From assembly GCF_003846445.2 (NCBI RefSeq), contig NZ_CP030139.2, positions 1,807,223 through 1,839,222 on the forward strand: a stretch of DNA of 32,000 bases. Direction: 5' to 3'. Below the pieces are notes generated by a model, which was given only the letters and a program-made list of their open reading frames with translations, was not told the DNA's origin and made no database searches. A program made the position numbers and the translations under genes. This document shows, in pieces, positions 18,704-26,818 of the stretch (positions are counted from its first letter, which is position 1; the number at the start of each line of letters is the position of its first letter). This DNA comes from Synechococcus elongatus PCC 11801. GTDB lineage: Bacteria; Cyanobacteriota; Cyanobacteriia; Synechococcales; Synechococcaceae.

Positions 18704-19333
18704 CTACAGCGAAGCGCGTTCCTGCCGTCGATGCAGCCACACTTGAGCGATGACGACAAGGGCCACGATCCCAAGCGCGAACAGCCCCAGTTGGGCGAGC
18801 CAGTGCATGATTTGTTCGAGCGGTACCACCTGTCCTAGGAAGTAGGCCAAACCGACCGTAATGCCGCCCCACAACACGGCTCCCATGGCGTTGTAGAGCA
18901 AAAACTTCTGATAGGGCATGCCAGCGATACCTGCAAGCGGCCCCGCAAAAATCCGCAGCAAGGCAATGAAGCGACCAAGAAAAACGGCTTGAGGGGCATT
19001 GCGACTGAAGCGATCGCGCACCGAGATCAGCTGCCCTTCGCTAAAGCGAAACCATTGGCCCATGCGATGCAACAGTGGCCAGCCGCCCCAGCGCCCTAGC
19101 CAGTAGCCACAACTGTCGCCGAGAATGGCACCGCCGATCGCGCAGGCTAAAACGCCGGACAGTCTGAGTTCTCCACTGCCTGCCAAAAAGCCTCCCACGA
19201 CGGTGATTGTTTCACCGGGGAGTGGAATGCCCGCATTTTCTAGCAAGATCCCCAGAAAAACAGTCACATAACCGAAGCGGTGGGCTAGGTCTTGGACCGT
19301 TTCTAAGGAGAGCAATTCCAAGGGCATGGACAC
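18704..19333 (-). CDS. DedA-family membrane protein
   Basis: GYVTVFLGILLENAGIPLPGETITVVGGFLAG...FGRFIALLRIFAGPLAGIAGMPYQKFLLYNAMGAVLW is the DedA/SNARE-associated pattern. The start is GTG 19333 or ATG 19327. Confidence 0.85.
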   Translation of the reverse strand: MSMPLELLSLETVQDLAHRFGYVTVFLGILLENAGIPLPGETITVVGGFLAGSGELRLSGVLACAIGGAILGDSCGYWLGRWGGWPLLHRMGQWFRFSEGQLISVRDRFSRNAPQAVFLGRFIALLRIFAGPLAGIAGMPYQKFLLYNAMGAVLWGGITVGLAYFLGQVVPLEQIMHWLAQLGLFALGIVALVVIAQVWLHRRQERASL

Positions 19334-19450
19334 ATCTGCGATCGCATGGCCTAGATCGTAGCGGACATAACAAATTTGCGGGGATCAATGGGATCCGAAA
19401 TTTTGCCCAATGCCGAGCATCGGAGCGTTCACGATCCAAGCTGTGATGGC

Positions 19451-19921
19451 CTACGGCTGAGCTGAATAGTCTGAAACGTAATGCCGGAGCGGGAGCTGAA
19501 CAGGTTGGCGAACGGGGGCTTCGGGCAGCAGTGGTGCTTCGGAATGTAGATGTGCTTGCAACCGCTGATTTTCTGCCTCTAAAAACTGAAGACGAGCCTG
19601 AAGCGGTTCCAGTCGCTCTTCAAATTTACGTTGGTAAATCTGGGGCAGTTGTAGCAGTTGATGTTCCAACTGTTGATTGCGGGCTTTGAGAGCTAGGTAT
19701 TCCTGTTGCAAATGCTCTGTGCTGGTTTCGACTCGTTCAGGTTCACTGATTGGGACTGCCTCAGCTGCGGTTGCTTCAGGAGGCATCGCCTGACGATCGA
19801 GTTCCGTGTAGAGTTGGCGGGACAACTGCTGAATCAGTTGGTCGCGGAGCAAAATTTCTTCTTGGAGACGCTGCAGTTCGGCGTAGAGCTTCTCTGGTGG
19901 GGGTTCAGGGAATCGAGACAT
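19451..19921 (-). CDS. Coiled-coil protein of unknown function
   Basis: Heptad-rich Q/L/E sequence (EKLYAELQRLQEEILLRDQLIQQLSRQL...LQFLEAENQRLQAHL). The ATG at 19921 is preferred over the GTG at 19936. It lies upstream of the DedA gene on the same strand. Confidence 0.45.
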   Translation of the reverse strand: MSRFPEPPPEKLYAELQRLQEEILLRDQLIQQLSRQLYTELDRQAMPPEATAAEAVPISEPERVETSTEHLQQEYLALKARNQQLEHQLLQLPQIYQRKFEERLEPLQARLQFLEAENQRLQAHLHSEAPLLPEAPVRQPVQLPLRHYVSDYSAQP

Positions 19922-20011
19922 CGCAGCGATCGCCACTCCAACGGTCGAAGACGGCTGAAATTGTTGACCACTCTAGCACCTCGATCGAGGGGTCCCCAGA
20001 GGAGTCAGCCG

Positions 20012-20039
20012 ACAAAAAAGCCTACTGTTATCAGTAGGC
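20012..20039 (-). terminator. Rho-independent terminator downstream of rpsF
   Basis: The minus strand reads AGCCTACTG-ATAA-CAGTAGGCT followed by TTTTTTGT (plus-strand stem 20018-20026/20031-20039, A-run 20013-20018). It lies 49 nt after the rpsF stop. Confidence 0.65.
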
Positions 20040-20087
20040 TCTGAGCTTCATACCAAACGTAAAGGTTCTATCAATTGTGGATGTCGA

Positions 20088-20411
20088 CTAGGCTTCGACA
20101 GCAACCGGAGCCGGCGGACGGACTTCTTGTTTCACGGTCAGGAACCGCAAGACATCTTCACTTAACCGCAGAGCACGCTCTAGAGGCGCGATTTGTGAAC
20201 CGTCACCGGTGTAGTTGATTTGGACGTAAATGCCTTCGCGCTGTTTATTAATCAGATACGCAAGGCGACGCTTACCGCGGTGTTGCGTATCCAAAACTTC
20301 TGCGCCCGCTTCGGTGAGCAGCGTTTGGTATTTGGCGATCGCTTGCTCAACCTGTTCCTCCGTCAGGTCTGCCCGGAGGATGTACATGGTCTCGTAGTAG
20401 AAGTCCTTCAT
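20088..20411 (-). CDS. rpsF: 30S ribosomal protein S6
   Basis: [39 protein letters not shown]...[24 protein letters not shown] is unmistakably S6. Confidence 0.95.
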   Translation of the reverse strand: MKDFYYETMYILRADLTEEQVEQAIAKYQTLLTEAGAEVLDTQHRGKRRLAYLINKQREGIYVQINYTGDGSQIAPLERALRLSEDVLRFLTVKQEVRPPAPVAVEA

Positions 20412-20595
20412 CAGAACTAGTCCTTGTGGTCATGGGGCTCCAAATCTTCAGCCCATGGGTTGGGGTGAGTTTGAAGCAAGGATCTTTTAGCGTACCGAAA
20501 AATGGGGCTCTGCGATCGCCATGGTCGATAGTTCTGGGGGTACGGTTCCAGCGATCGCCTAGCGCCAGCCTTCTTGGAGGCCTAACAAAAGAGGG

Positions 20596-20653
20596 GTGAG
20601 CTGAAATCTAAAGGAAATATAAAGATATTTGCTGTCCAAACTGATCAGCTCAC
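20596..20653. repeat. 9-bp perfect inverted repeat with an AT-rich 40-nt spacer (terminator-like on the minus strand)
   Basis: GTGAGCTGA (20596-20604) and TCAGCTCAC (20645-20653). The inner palindrome is AAATAT (20615-20620) and ATATTT (20625-20630). On the minus strand the stem is followed by CCCTCTTTTGTT. Confidence 0.5.
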
Positions 20654-20776
20654 TGTTCAACCTGCCGCAAGTCCATGGGAGACTCCCGAGAATCGCATAG
20701 ATGATTTAATGTGTACCTTCTTTTCCACTAACTACTATTGGAATTAAAGGACACTTAAAACTTAGGAATCAATCTC

Positions 20777-21484
20777 ATGTCTGCCAACGCGTTGGATACT
20801 AAAGGCCAGCAGAGAGCTTTACGTCTTTCTAGTCTGCTCCAAGAGATTCGTGCCAACTTGGTTGGTCGCGCTCTACCGGCTCGAGCTGAAGTTCTAGTGC
20901 ATGAAAGCTTATCGAAACGAAAGCTTTCTCGTTTACTAGGTGTTTCAGCCACGCTGATTAATAAATATGAGGGTAGCGAAATTGATCCTTGGGATATTCG
21001 CTGGAGTTTAATGCGCCGAATTTCTCGACTAGCAAATTTATCGCTTGAACAATTAGATGCTGTCCTGAGTGGTGAGGCAACAGCAGATGGTTTAGGCCAG
21101 CCAATTGATCAAGATCCTCACGATGTTTTGCTAGCACTGCGCCAACTAATTGAACAACTTGAAGTCCATATTCAAGCGAGGGATACGAGTGCAGAAGCAA
21201 ACACCCCTGTTCCCTGGTTTGGGCGTTACTTGCGGACGCTGCTAGCTGATCAGGCCCAAGAATCGGGACAGAAGCTGGAAACGGTGATTCAGGCATTTAT
21301 TCAAGCTTTGCCCAGTGTGGCGCCAGAGGATGCTCAAGCACTTCAAGCGGTCTTAGAGAGTAAGTCAGAGTTCACACGCCAGCAAATTCAAGAAAACTGT
21401 GCAGCGATCGCGACAGCATTGAGTGCAGTGATTGAAGTCCCTGTCACTCCTAGTCAGTTGCTAGCTATGCTTCCCGATCAATAA
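20777..21484 (+). CDS. Putative XRE-like helix-turn-helix protein with a helical/acidic C-terminal domain of unknown function
   Basis: LSKRKLSRLLGVSATLINKYEGSEIDP...LMRRISRLANLSLEQL resembles an HTH_3/XRE motif. The gene has an ATG start and lies in an AT-rich patch. Confidence 0.5.
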   Translation: MSANALDTKGQQRALRLSSLLQEIRANLVGRALPARAEVLVHESLSKRKLSRLLGVSATLINKYEGSEIDPWDIRWSLMRRISRLANLSLEQLDAVLSGEATADGLGQPIDQDPHDVLLALRQLIEQLEVHIQARDTSAEANTPVPWFGRYLRTLLADQAQESGQKLETVIQAFIQALPSVAPEDAQALQAVLESKSEFTRQQIQENCAAIATALSAVIEVPVTPSQLLAMLPDQ

Positions 21485-21526
21485 CAGTTGCGATCGCCTT
21501 GTAGTGGTTGGTGTAAGAGATTGAAT

Positions 21527-21871
21527 TCAGAGGATATGACGGCTACTGCTATACATCAACTTCAATCCTCCAACCATTGCAGCGGTCGCGATCAAAAATT
21601 GCACTAAGCTTACGGGTGAAACGATAATACTGGTGTTATAAAAAATTAGAATTACTCCCACAACCATAATTCCCCAGCCAATATTGCTGAGTTTTCCGGG
21701 TATAAAGACTAGCGCTAGAATGCCTGCTAAAAAGATAAGGACGGGAGTTGAAGCGGGAAATCCACCCCAATCGAAGCTTGAGCTTTTAGTTGTAAAAAAG
21801 ATACTCTGACCTACTTGATAGATGCCGTAAATAACCAAGCCAATTCCTGCGAAGAGTTTCAAGAGCTCCAT
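21527..21871 (-). CDS. Small integral membrane protein (3-4 TM helices), unknown function
   Basis: MELLKLFAGIGLVIYGIYQVG...VLIFLAGILALVFIPG...GIMVVGVILIFY...FLIATAAMVGGL. The ATG at 21871 is preferred over the TTG at 21892. GC is low: 21 of 60 G+C in the line 21601-21660 by hand count. Confidence 0.45.
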   Translation of the reverse strand: MELLKLFAGIGLVIYGIYQVGQSIFFTTKSSSFDWGGFPASTPVLIFLAGILALVFIPGKLSNIGWGIMVVGVILIFYNTSIIVSPVSLVQFLIATAAMVGGLKLMYSSSRHIL

Positions 21872-22039
21872 AACAATCCTGCTCAGGCTCAATTGTCAAC
21901 TAGGACAGACATAGTCTGAAGTATAGTGGAACCCCTAGGCTGTTTTGGCTGACTTTAGATTGCTGCGCTGAGGTCAGAATCTGGTGCGATTGCTCATTAG
22001 GGCGCTACTGCTGCGATCGCACTCAAGAAGCTGCAAGAA

Positions 22040-22702
22040 CTACTCCAACCAGCGGCGTAAAAGATTGGCGTAAGTTTTGGACAGTAAGTCAAACTCGATG
22101 CTTTTGCCCTCGCGGGCAAAGAGCGATCGCCGAGCGGTGTCTAGGTCAAACAAAAGTTCCCGCTTTGCAGGATCACGAATCCAGCTTTGCACCCAGCCCA
22201 CACAAGCCAATCGATAGCCCTGCTCGACAGGCTCAACTCGGTGCAGGGTTGAAGATGGATAGAGCAATAGGGATCCAGCTGGTAAGCGAAAGGACTGCTC
22301 ATCGCAGGCCCCTTCAATCACCAATGCTCCCCCGCTGTAGCTGTCGGGGGCACTCAAAAAGAGGGTGAAGGATAGATCAGCGCGATCGCCACTTCCCATC
22401 AAGGCATTGTCCACGTGGCGACCATACTCCATGCCGGGTTCATAGCGACTGAACAGGAGGCTATGAATGCGCTGAGGATAGGCAGCAGCTTCAAATAGGG
22501 CATTGTTGCCTAGAGCTGTAAGCACAGTTTCTTGCGACTTTTTCGCTAAATTACTAGTCCGTGAGAGCTGTTGATTCTGCTTGACTAGCCGCGCATGCCA
22601 ACCCGCTGTTGTACGGCCATCCACAAACGGAGCGGTTGCTAACTGGCTTTGAATTAGCTTGATCTGATCGGTATCTAACAGAGATTCAATCGTGATGATC
22701 AC
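22040..22702 (-). CDS. Fe(II)/2-oxoglutarate-dependent hydroxylase, PiuC/PKHD-type
   Basis: VDGRTTAG...VKQNQQL, the HxD motif (GRHVDNA), the distal His (LHRVEPV) and RLACVGWVQS. GTG 22702 (VIITIESLL) matches typical PiuC N-termini; the track ORF starts at 22732. Confidence 0.75.
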   Translation of the reverse strand: MIITIESLLDTDQIKLIQSQLATAPFVDGRTTAGWHARLVKQNQQLSRTSNLAKKSQETVLTALGNNALFEAAAYPQRIHSLLFSRYEPGMEYGRHVDNALMGSGDRADLSFTLFLSAPDSYSGGALVIEGACDEQSFRLPAGSLLLYPSSTLHRVEPVEQGYRLACVGWVQSWIRDPAKRELLFDLDTARRSLFAREGKSIEFDLLSKTYANLLRRWLE

Positions 22703-22820
22703 GGGTTGAGCAAGAAATAGAGGCGATCGCAATCATAGCGATCGCTGCCTTGACAGCAGCCCTAGTTACAAGCGATCGCCAGTCCTGCGTGATCCTGAGT
22801 TAGCGGATCATCCGAAGAGT

Positions 22821-22849
22821 TTGATCGGAAGGATGAGATAATCTTTAAT
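22821..22849 (+). promoter_or_regulatory. Candidate sigma70-type promoter for the 22879 lipoprotein gene
   Basis: TTGATC (22821-22826), a 17-nt spacer, then TTTAAT (22844-22849). An AAGAGG Shine-Dalgarno-like element at 22867-22872 lies 6 nt before GTG 22879. This is hexamer matching only. Confidence 0.3.
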
Positions 22850-22878
22850 GAAAAATTCTCTTAATAAAGAGGCCCCAA

Positions 22879-23127
22879 GTGCGCTTGAAACCTGTTGAGC
22901 TGTTCCTGACCCTTGGGCTAGCGACAGCCACAGTTGCCTGTGGTCAGCAAGCTTCTGAGCCAACGCCCCCAACTGCACCCGAAGTAGCACCAACCACGCC
23001 TGCGAACCCAGCAACCCCTTCAGCTCCTAATGATGACGAGGGTGGAGACAACGGTGATGATGAGTCTCGCCCTGATAATCAACCATCCAATGAGGGGGGA
23101 GAAGGAGGAGAGGGTGGCGAGGGCTAG
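22879..23127 (+). CDS. Small acidic, proline-rich putative lipoprotein with a C-terminal GGE repeat
   Basis: The signal peptide plus lipobox-like sequence is LGLATATVAC. The mature part is low complexity (PTPPTAPEVAPTTPANPATPSAPNDDEGGDNGDDE...EGGEGGEGGEG). It has a GTG start with an upstream SD-like AAGAGG. Confidence 0.45.
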   Translation: MRLKPVELFLTLGLATATVACGQQASEPTPPTAPEVAPTTPANPATPSAPNDDEGGDNGDDESRPDNQPSNEGGEGGEGGEG

Positions 23128-23224
23128 GTGAGTCGTCGCTATCAGCAAGATGAGAAGGGCTGGCTACAATAGCGCCGAGCGGTCTGCTCAAATTGCCCGT
23201 CAGCCCTCGATCCATGGGGACTCC

Positions 23225-23815
23225 ATGTCGTCCGGCCTTAAGATTTCTCCTCAGCTACGTCGCAAAATCGATCGCGAGCTGGATCTGCGCGAGGAAATTC
23301 TCTGGATTGGGCAACCAGAACCCAGTTTGATGATCTTGACTGGCGGTACCCTCGCGATCGCACTATTTGCAGTGCCGTGGACTGCCTTCTCGGTGTTTTG
23401 GATGTGGGCAGCGCTCGGTTTCCAAGTGCCGGATCTTAGCCGGGGCTTTCAGCCGCAGTACCTGTTTGCAATGTTTGGCCTGCCCTTTGTTCTCATCGGC
23501 ATTGGCATGCTGCTCAGTCCTTTTTGGAGTTGGCGACAGGCTTTTCAAACGGTCTACATCATTACTAATCAGCGAGCGATTACCTTTGAAGGCGCTGGCA
23601 AGACCGTAATTCGTAGCTACTATCCCCAGCAGTTCAACAATCTCTACCGCAAGGAAGGCAACAACGGTATTGGGGATGTGATTATTGCAGCGGAAACTAC
23701 CCGAGATAGTGACGGCGATCGCCAACGGCGGGAATTAGGGTTCTTCAATATCCGTGATCCAAAGGAAGTCGAAATCATCCTCAAAAAGCTCGCACAGGAA
23801 AAACATTCAATCTGA
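23225..23815 (+). CDS. Membrane protein with two TM helices and a C-terminal bacterial PH-like (YdbS/bPH_2-like) domain
   Basis: ATG 23225 gives MSSGLKISPQLRRKIDRELDLREEILWIGQP. There are two hydrophobic helices followed by VYIITNQRAITFEGAGKTVIRSYYP...LGFFNIRDPKEVEIILKKL, which matches the topology and motif of bPH_2 proteins. The upstream 25 codons of the track ORF are probably spurious. Confidence 0.5.
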   Translation: MSSGLKISPQLRRKIDRELDLREEILWIGQPEPSLMILTGGTLAIALFAVPWTAFSVFWMWAALGFQVPDLSRGFQPQYLFAMFGLPFVLIGIGMLLSPFWSWRQAFQTVYIITNQRAITFEGAGKTVIRSYYPQQFNNLYRKEGNNGIGDVIIAAETTRDSDGDRQRRELGFFNIRDPKEVEIILKKLAQEKHSI

Positions 23816-23834
23816 CTTGAAGAACCGATATCAA

Positions 23835-24398
23835 TCAGGTCGCTGCGAAGAGTTGGGAGCCGAGACCGACTGCGATCGCGCCAGCATCGAGATAACTCTG
23901 AACGGCATCGGGGTGAATACCGCCGCAGGCAAATAACTTGGGATGACCCAAAGGTTGTTGCAGCGATCGCACGTAGGCAGGGCCGCCAGTACTGCTAGCC
24001 GGGAAGAGCTTCACAACGGCGGCACCGGCTGCCTGAGCCGTCATAATTTCGGTCGGGGTGAGTGCGCCGGGTAGAAACGGTAAGTCCTTCGCTTGGGCAC
24101 GTTCCAAGAGCGGCAGTGACAAGATCGGGCTGACGCCAAACATCGCTCCAGCCGCGATCGCTTCCTCTAAATCAGTCAGACTCAGAAGGCTTCCGGCACC
24201 CCAGCAACAATCGGGATATTTTTCCCGCAACTGAGATAGCAATTCCGCGGGGCGATCGCTGGTCCAAGTGACTTCTAGCCAACGCAAACCTCGGGCGATC
24301 GCGGCCTCTGCCATCGCTAGCCCCTTCCCTAGATTCGGCGATCGCAAGACAGCAACAACCTGCGCTTGTTGAAGCTCAGTCACCCAATCCGGTGTCAT
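23835..24398 (-). CDS. eda: KDPG/KHG aldolase family protein (Eda-like)
   Basis: LEVTWTS (Glu of the ExT motif), GAGSL, the Schiff-base Lys context VVKLFPA and CGGIHP. The start lies 12 nt after the glyS stop. Confidence 0.8.
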   Translation of the reverse strand: MTPDWVTELQQAQVVAVLRSPNLGKGLAMAEAAIARGLRWLEVTWTSDRPAELLSQLREKYPDCCWGAGSLLSLTDLEEAIAAGAMFGVSPILSLPLLERAQAKDLPFLPGALTPTEIMTAQAAGAAVVKLFPASSTGGPAYVRSLQQPLGHPKLFACGGIHPDAVQSYLDAGAIAVGLGSQLFAAT

Positions 24399-24410
24399 TG
24401 GCGATCGCAG

Positions 24411-26597
24411 CTATTCACCTTTGACGATCGCTCCAAAATCAGCCAGGACGCGGGCTTGATTGCGCAGCAGACCCAAGAGGTTGAGGCGGTTGCGCTGAAT
24501 AGCGGAATCGGGATCCATCACCAGCACACTAGTTTCGCCATCAAAGAAAGATTGGACTGCAGGTGCGGCAGTCAGTAAGCCATCCACTAAAGGTTCATAG
24601 GCTTGGCTGGCTTGGGCAGCGGTTGCCAAAGGCTGCAAAATCGTCAGAGCAGACAGGAACGCAGCTTCGCTGGGTTGTTTGAATAGCGCTGCTTCGACGA
24701 GGCCAGTCGGGTCGAGAGTCGCGGTGTCGAGATCGCCTTTGCTGGCTAGGCGAGTGGCGCGATTGACTGTCTCATACAGCGTGGCCAAACGACCGTCTTG
24801 CCGCAGGGTTTGCAGCAGTTTTGCCCGATTTAGCACATCCAAGGGATCCGCGATCGCCCGTTGCAGATAGCTGGCATCGTTGTCACCCAGCACCGCATTC
24901 ACAAGGTCGTAATCAATACCCTGCTCGTCTTGGAGCAAGGTGCGCAGCCGCTGACCGAAGAAGTCAGTCAACTGCTGAATGAGGGTTTCGGCGCTACCCG
25001 CCAGTTTCGGGAAAGCATGGTGGAAATCAGCGGCGATGCCCTGAATGAGAGCCGTCAAATCAAGACGGAGTTGTCCATCCCAAAGGATATTGAGGACGCC
25101 ATTCGCAGCACGGCGCAGGGCAAAGGGATCGGAAGAACCGCTGGGCAACAGTCCCAAGCCGAAGATACAGACCAAGGTGTCGAGGCGATCGGCCAAGGCA
25201 ACCATGCGCCCCGTTAGGGTTTGCGGCAGCTGATCGCCAGCCCCTTTAGGTAGATAGTGCTCGCGAATTGCCGTGGCGACGGCATCCGGTTCCTGACTGA
25301 CGCGGGCGTATTTTTCGCCCATCACGCCCTGCAGTTCCGGAAATTCGTAGACCATTTGGCTGACGAGGTCAGCTTTGCAGAGCTGAGCAGCCCGCGAAAC
25401 CAGTAGGCGATCGCTGGAGTGAATTCCCAGTTGATCGCAGAGTCGGTGAGCGATCGCGCCAATCCGATCGACTTTGCCGCGCACCGAACCCAATTGCTCT
25501 TGGAAGGTGACGGCTTCGAGCTGACTGAGGAAACTCTCCAGCGGCTGCTTGCTGTCGGTGCGATAGAAATACTCACCATCAGCCAATCGTGCCCGAATCA
25601 CGCGGGCATTGCCAGCGGCGATCGTCTCGCTAGCCGCAGGATCGCCATTAGAAATGGTGACGAAACAGGGCAGCAGTTCCGATCGCGCATCGATGGCGGC
25701 GGGATCGCGCTGAGCCGTGGCTTGGTAAATCGGGAAATAGCGCTGGTGACTGGTCATCACCATCGTCGAAACTTCCGCTGGCAGGTTGAGAAAGCGCTCT
25801 TCAAACTGACCCAAGACGGCGGTTGGCCATTCGGTCAGATGCACTACTTCTGCTAGTAATTCTTCGGGCAGTTCGGCTTGTCCCCCAACCTTGGCCGCGA
25901 TCGCTGCCGTTTGGTCTTCAATCTTGGCCTGCCGCTGAGCTGGATCGACAAGGACACTGGCTGCTTCCAAGGCGGCGACATAGTCACTAGCCCGGGCGAT
26001 CGTCACAGCTTCGGGATGGAGGACTCGGTGACCGCGCGAGAGGCGATCGCTCTGCACGGTACTGCCGCCGCTGGTCAGTTCCAAGGGCAGAACTTGATCG
26101 TCAATCAGAGCAACCAGCCAGCGAATCGGACGCGAAAAGCGCAGCTCGCCATCACCCCAGCGCATGAAGCGCTTACCTTCGAGGTCTTGGATCCAACTGG
26201 GGACAAGTGCTTGGAGTACGTCTGCTAGAGGTTGACCCTGCTCTCGCTTTTGCACAAAGACAAAGGCGCCTTTGTCCGTTTCCCGCACGGTGAAGTCGCT
26301 GACATCGACCCCTTGCTTGCGAGCAAACCCGATCGCGGCTGGTGTCGGTTCGCCATCTTTAAAGGCAGCGCTGGCTGGTGGCCCTTTCACTTCTTCTTCG
26401 CGATCGGGCTGGCGATCGGGCAACCCCTCGATCAGCACCGCTAGACGGCGCGGGGTTCCGTAGACTGAAATTTGGGTGGCCGTCAGCTGGGCTTCTGCCA
26501 AGCGAGTCGGCAGCCAGTTCTGCCATTGCGCGATCGCAGCGGCTACAAAAGAAGCAGGGAGTTCTTCGGTTCCGACTTCCAGTAGAAAGGCCGGCAT
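24411..26597 (-). CDS. glyS: Glycyl-tRNA synthetase beta subunit
   Basis: [17 protein letters not shown]... is the canonical GlyS N-terminus. The protein is 728 aa and carries the C-terminal anticodon-binding region. Confidence 0.95.
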   Translation of the reverse strand: MPAFLLEVGTEELPASFVAAAIAQWQNWLPTRLAEAQLTATQISVYGTPRRLAVLIEGLPDRQPDREEEVKGPPASAAFKDGEPTPAAIGFARKQGVDVSDFTVRETDKGAFVFVQKREQGQPLADVLQALVPSWIQDLEGKRFMRWGDGELRFSRPIRWLVALIDDQVLPLELTSGGSTVQSDRLSRGHRVLHPEAVTIARASDYVAALEAASVLVDPAQRQAKIEDQTAAIAAKVGGQAELPEELLAEVVHLTEWPTAVLGQFEERFLNLPAEVSTMVMTSHQRYFPIYQATAQRDPAAIDARSELLPCFVTISNGDPAASETIAAGNARVIRARLADGEYFYRTDSKQPLESFLSQLEAVTFQEQLGSVRGKVDRIGAIAHRLCDQLGIHSSDRLLVSRAAQLCKADLVSQMVYEFPELQGVMGEKYARVSQEPDAVATAIREHYLPKGAGDQLPQTLTGRMVALADRLDTLVCIFGLGLLPSGSSDPFALRRAANGVLNILWDGQLRLDLTALIQGIAADFHHAFPKLAGSAETLIQQLTDFFGQRLRTLLQDEQGIDYDLVNAVLGDNDASYLQRAIADPLDVLNRAKLLQTLRQDGRLATLYETVNRATRLASKGDLDTATLDPTGLVEAALFKQPSEAAFLSALTILQPLATAAQASQAYEPLVDGLLTAAPAVQSFFDGETSVLVMDPDSAIQRNRLNLLGLLRNQARVLADFGAIVKGE

Positions 26598-26818
26598 AAA
26601 GCAGCAATAGCGCGAACAGACAACCTCATCAGTCTACCGCGCGCCCTTTCCCCCACCTCCGACTCTATTTCCTAAAGACTTTTGGGCGATCGCTGGGTGT
26701 GGATCCAGCGAAAAGTGTTACAATAAACACCGAAATCCACAGAGACTTACCGGTCTTGGATTCGTCTCACTGCCAAGCCATTTCTGGGGCAGTGCTTTTC
26801 TTTTCTGGACAGAGAACA

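Noticed and set aside
24399-24410. The 12-nt gap between glyS and the eda-like gene suggests an operon of unrelated functions; glyQ is not adjacent.
   Set aside because: Tight packing of unrelated housekeeping genes is common in this compact genome, and a separate glyQ is usual in cyanobacteria. I judged it not informative on its own.
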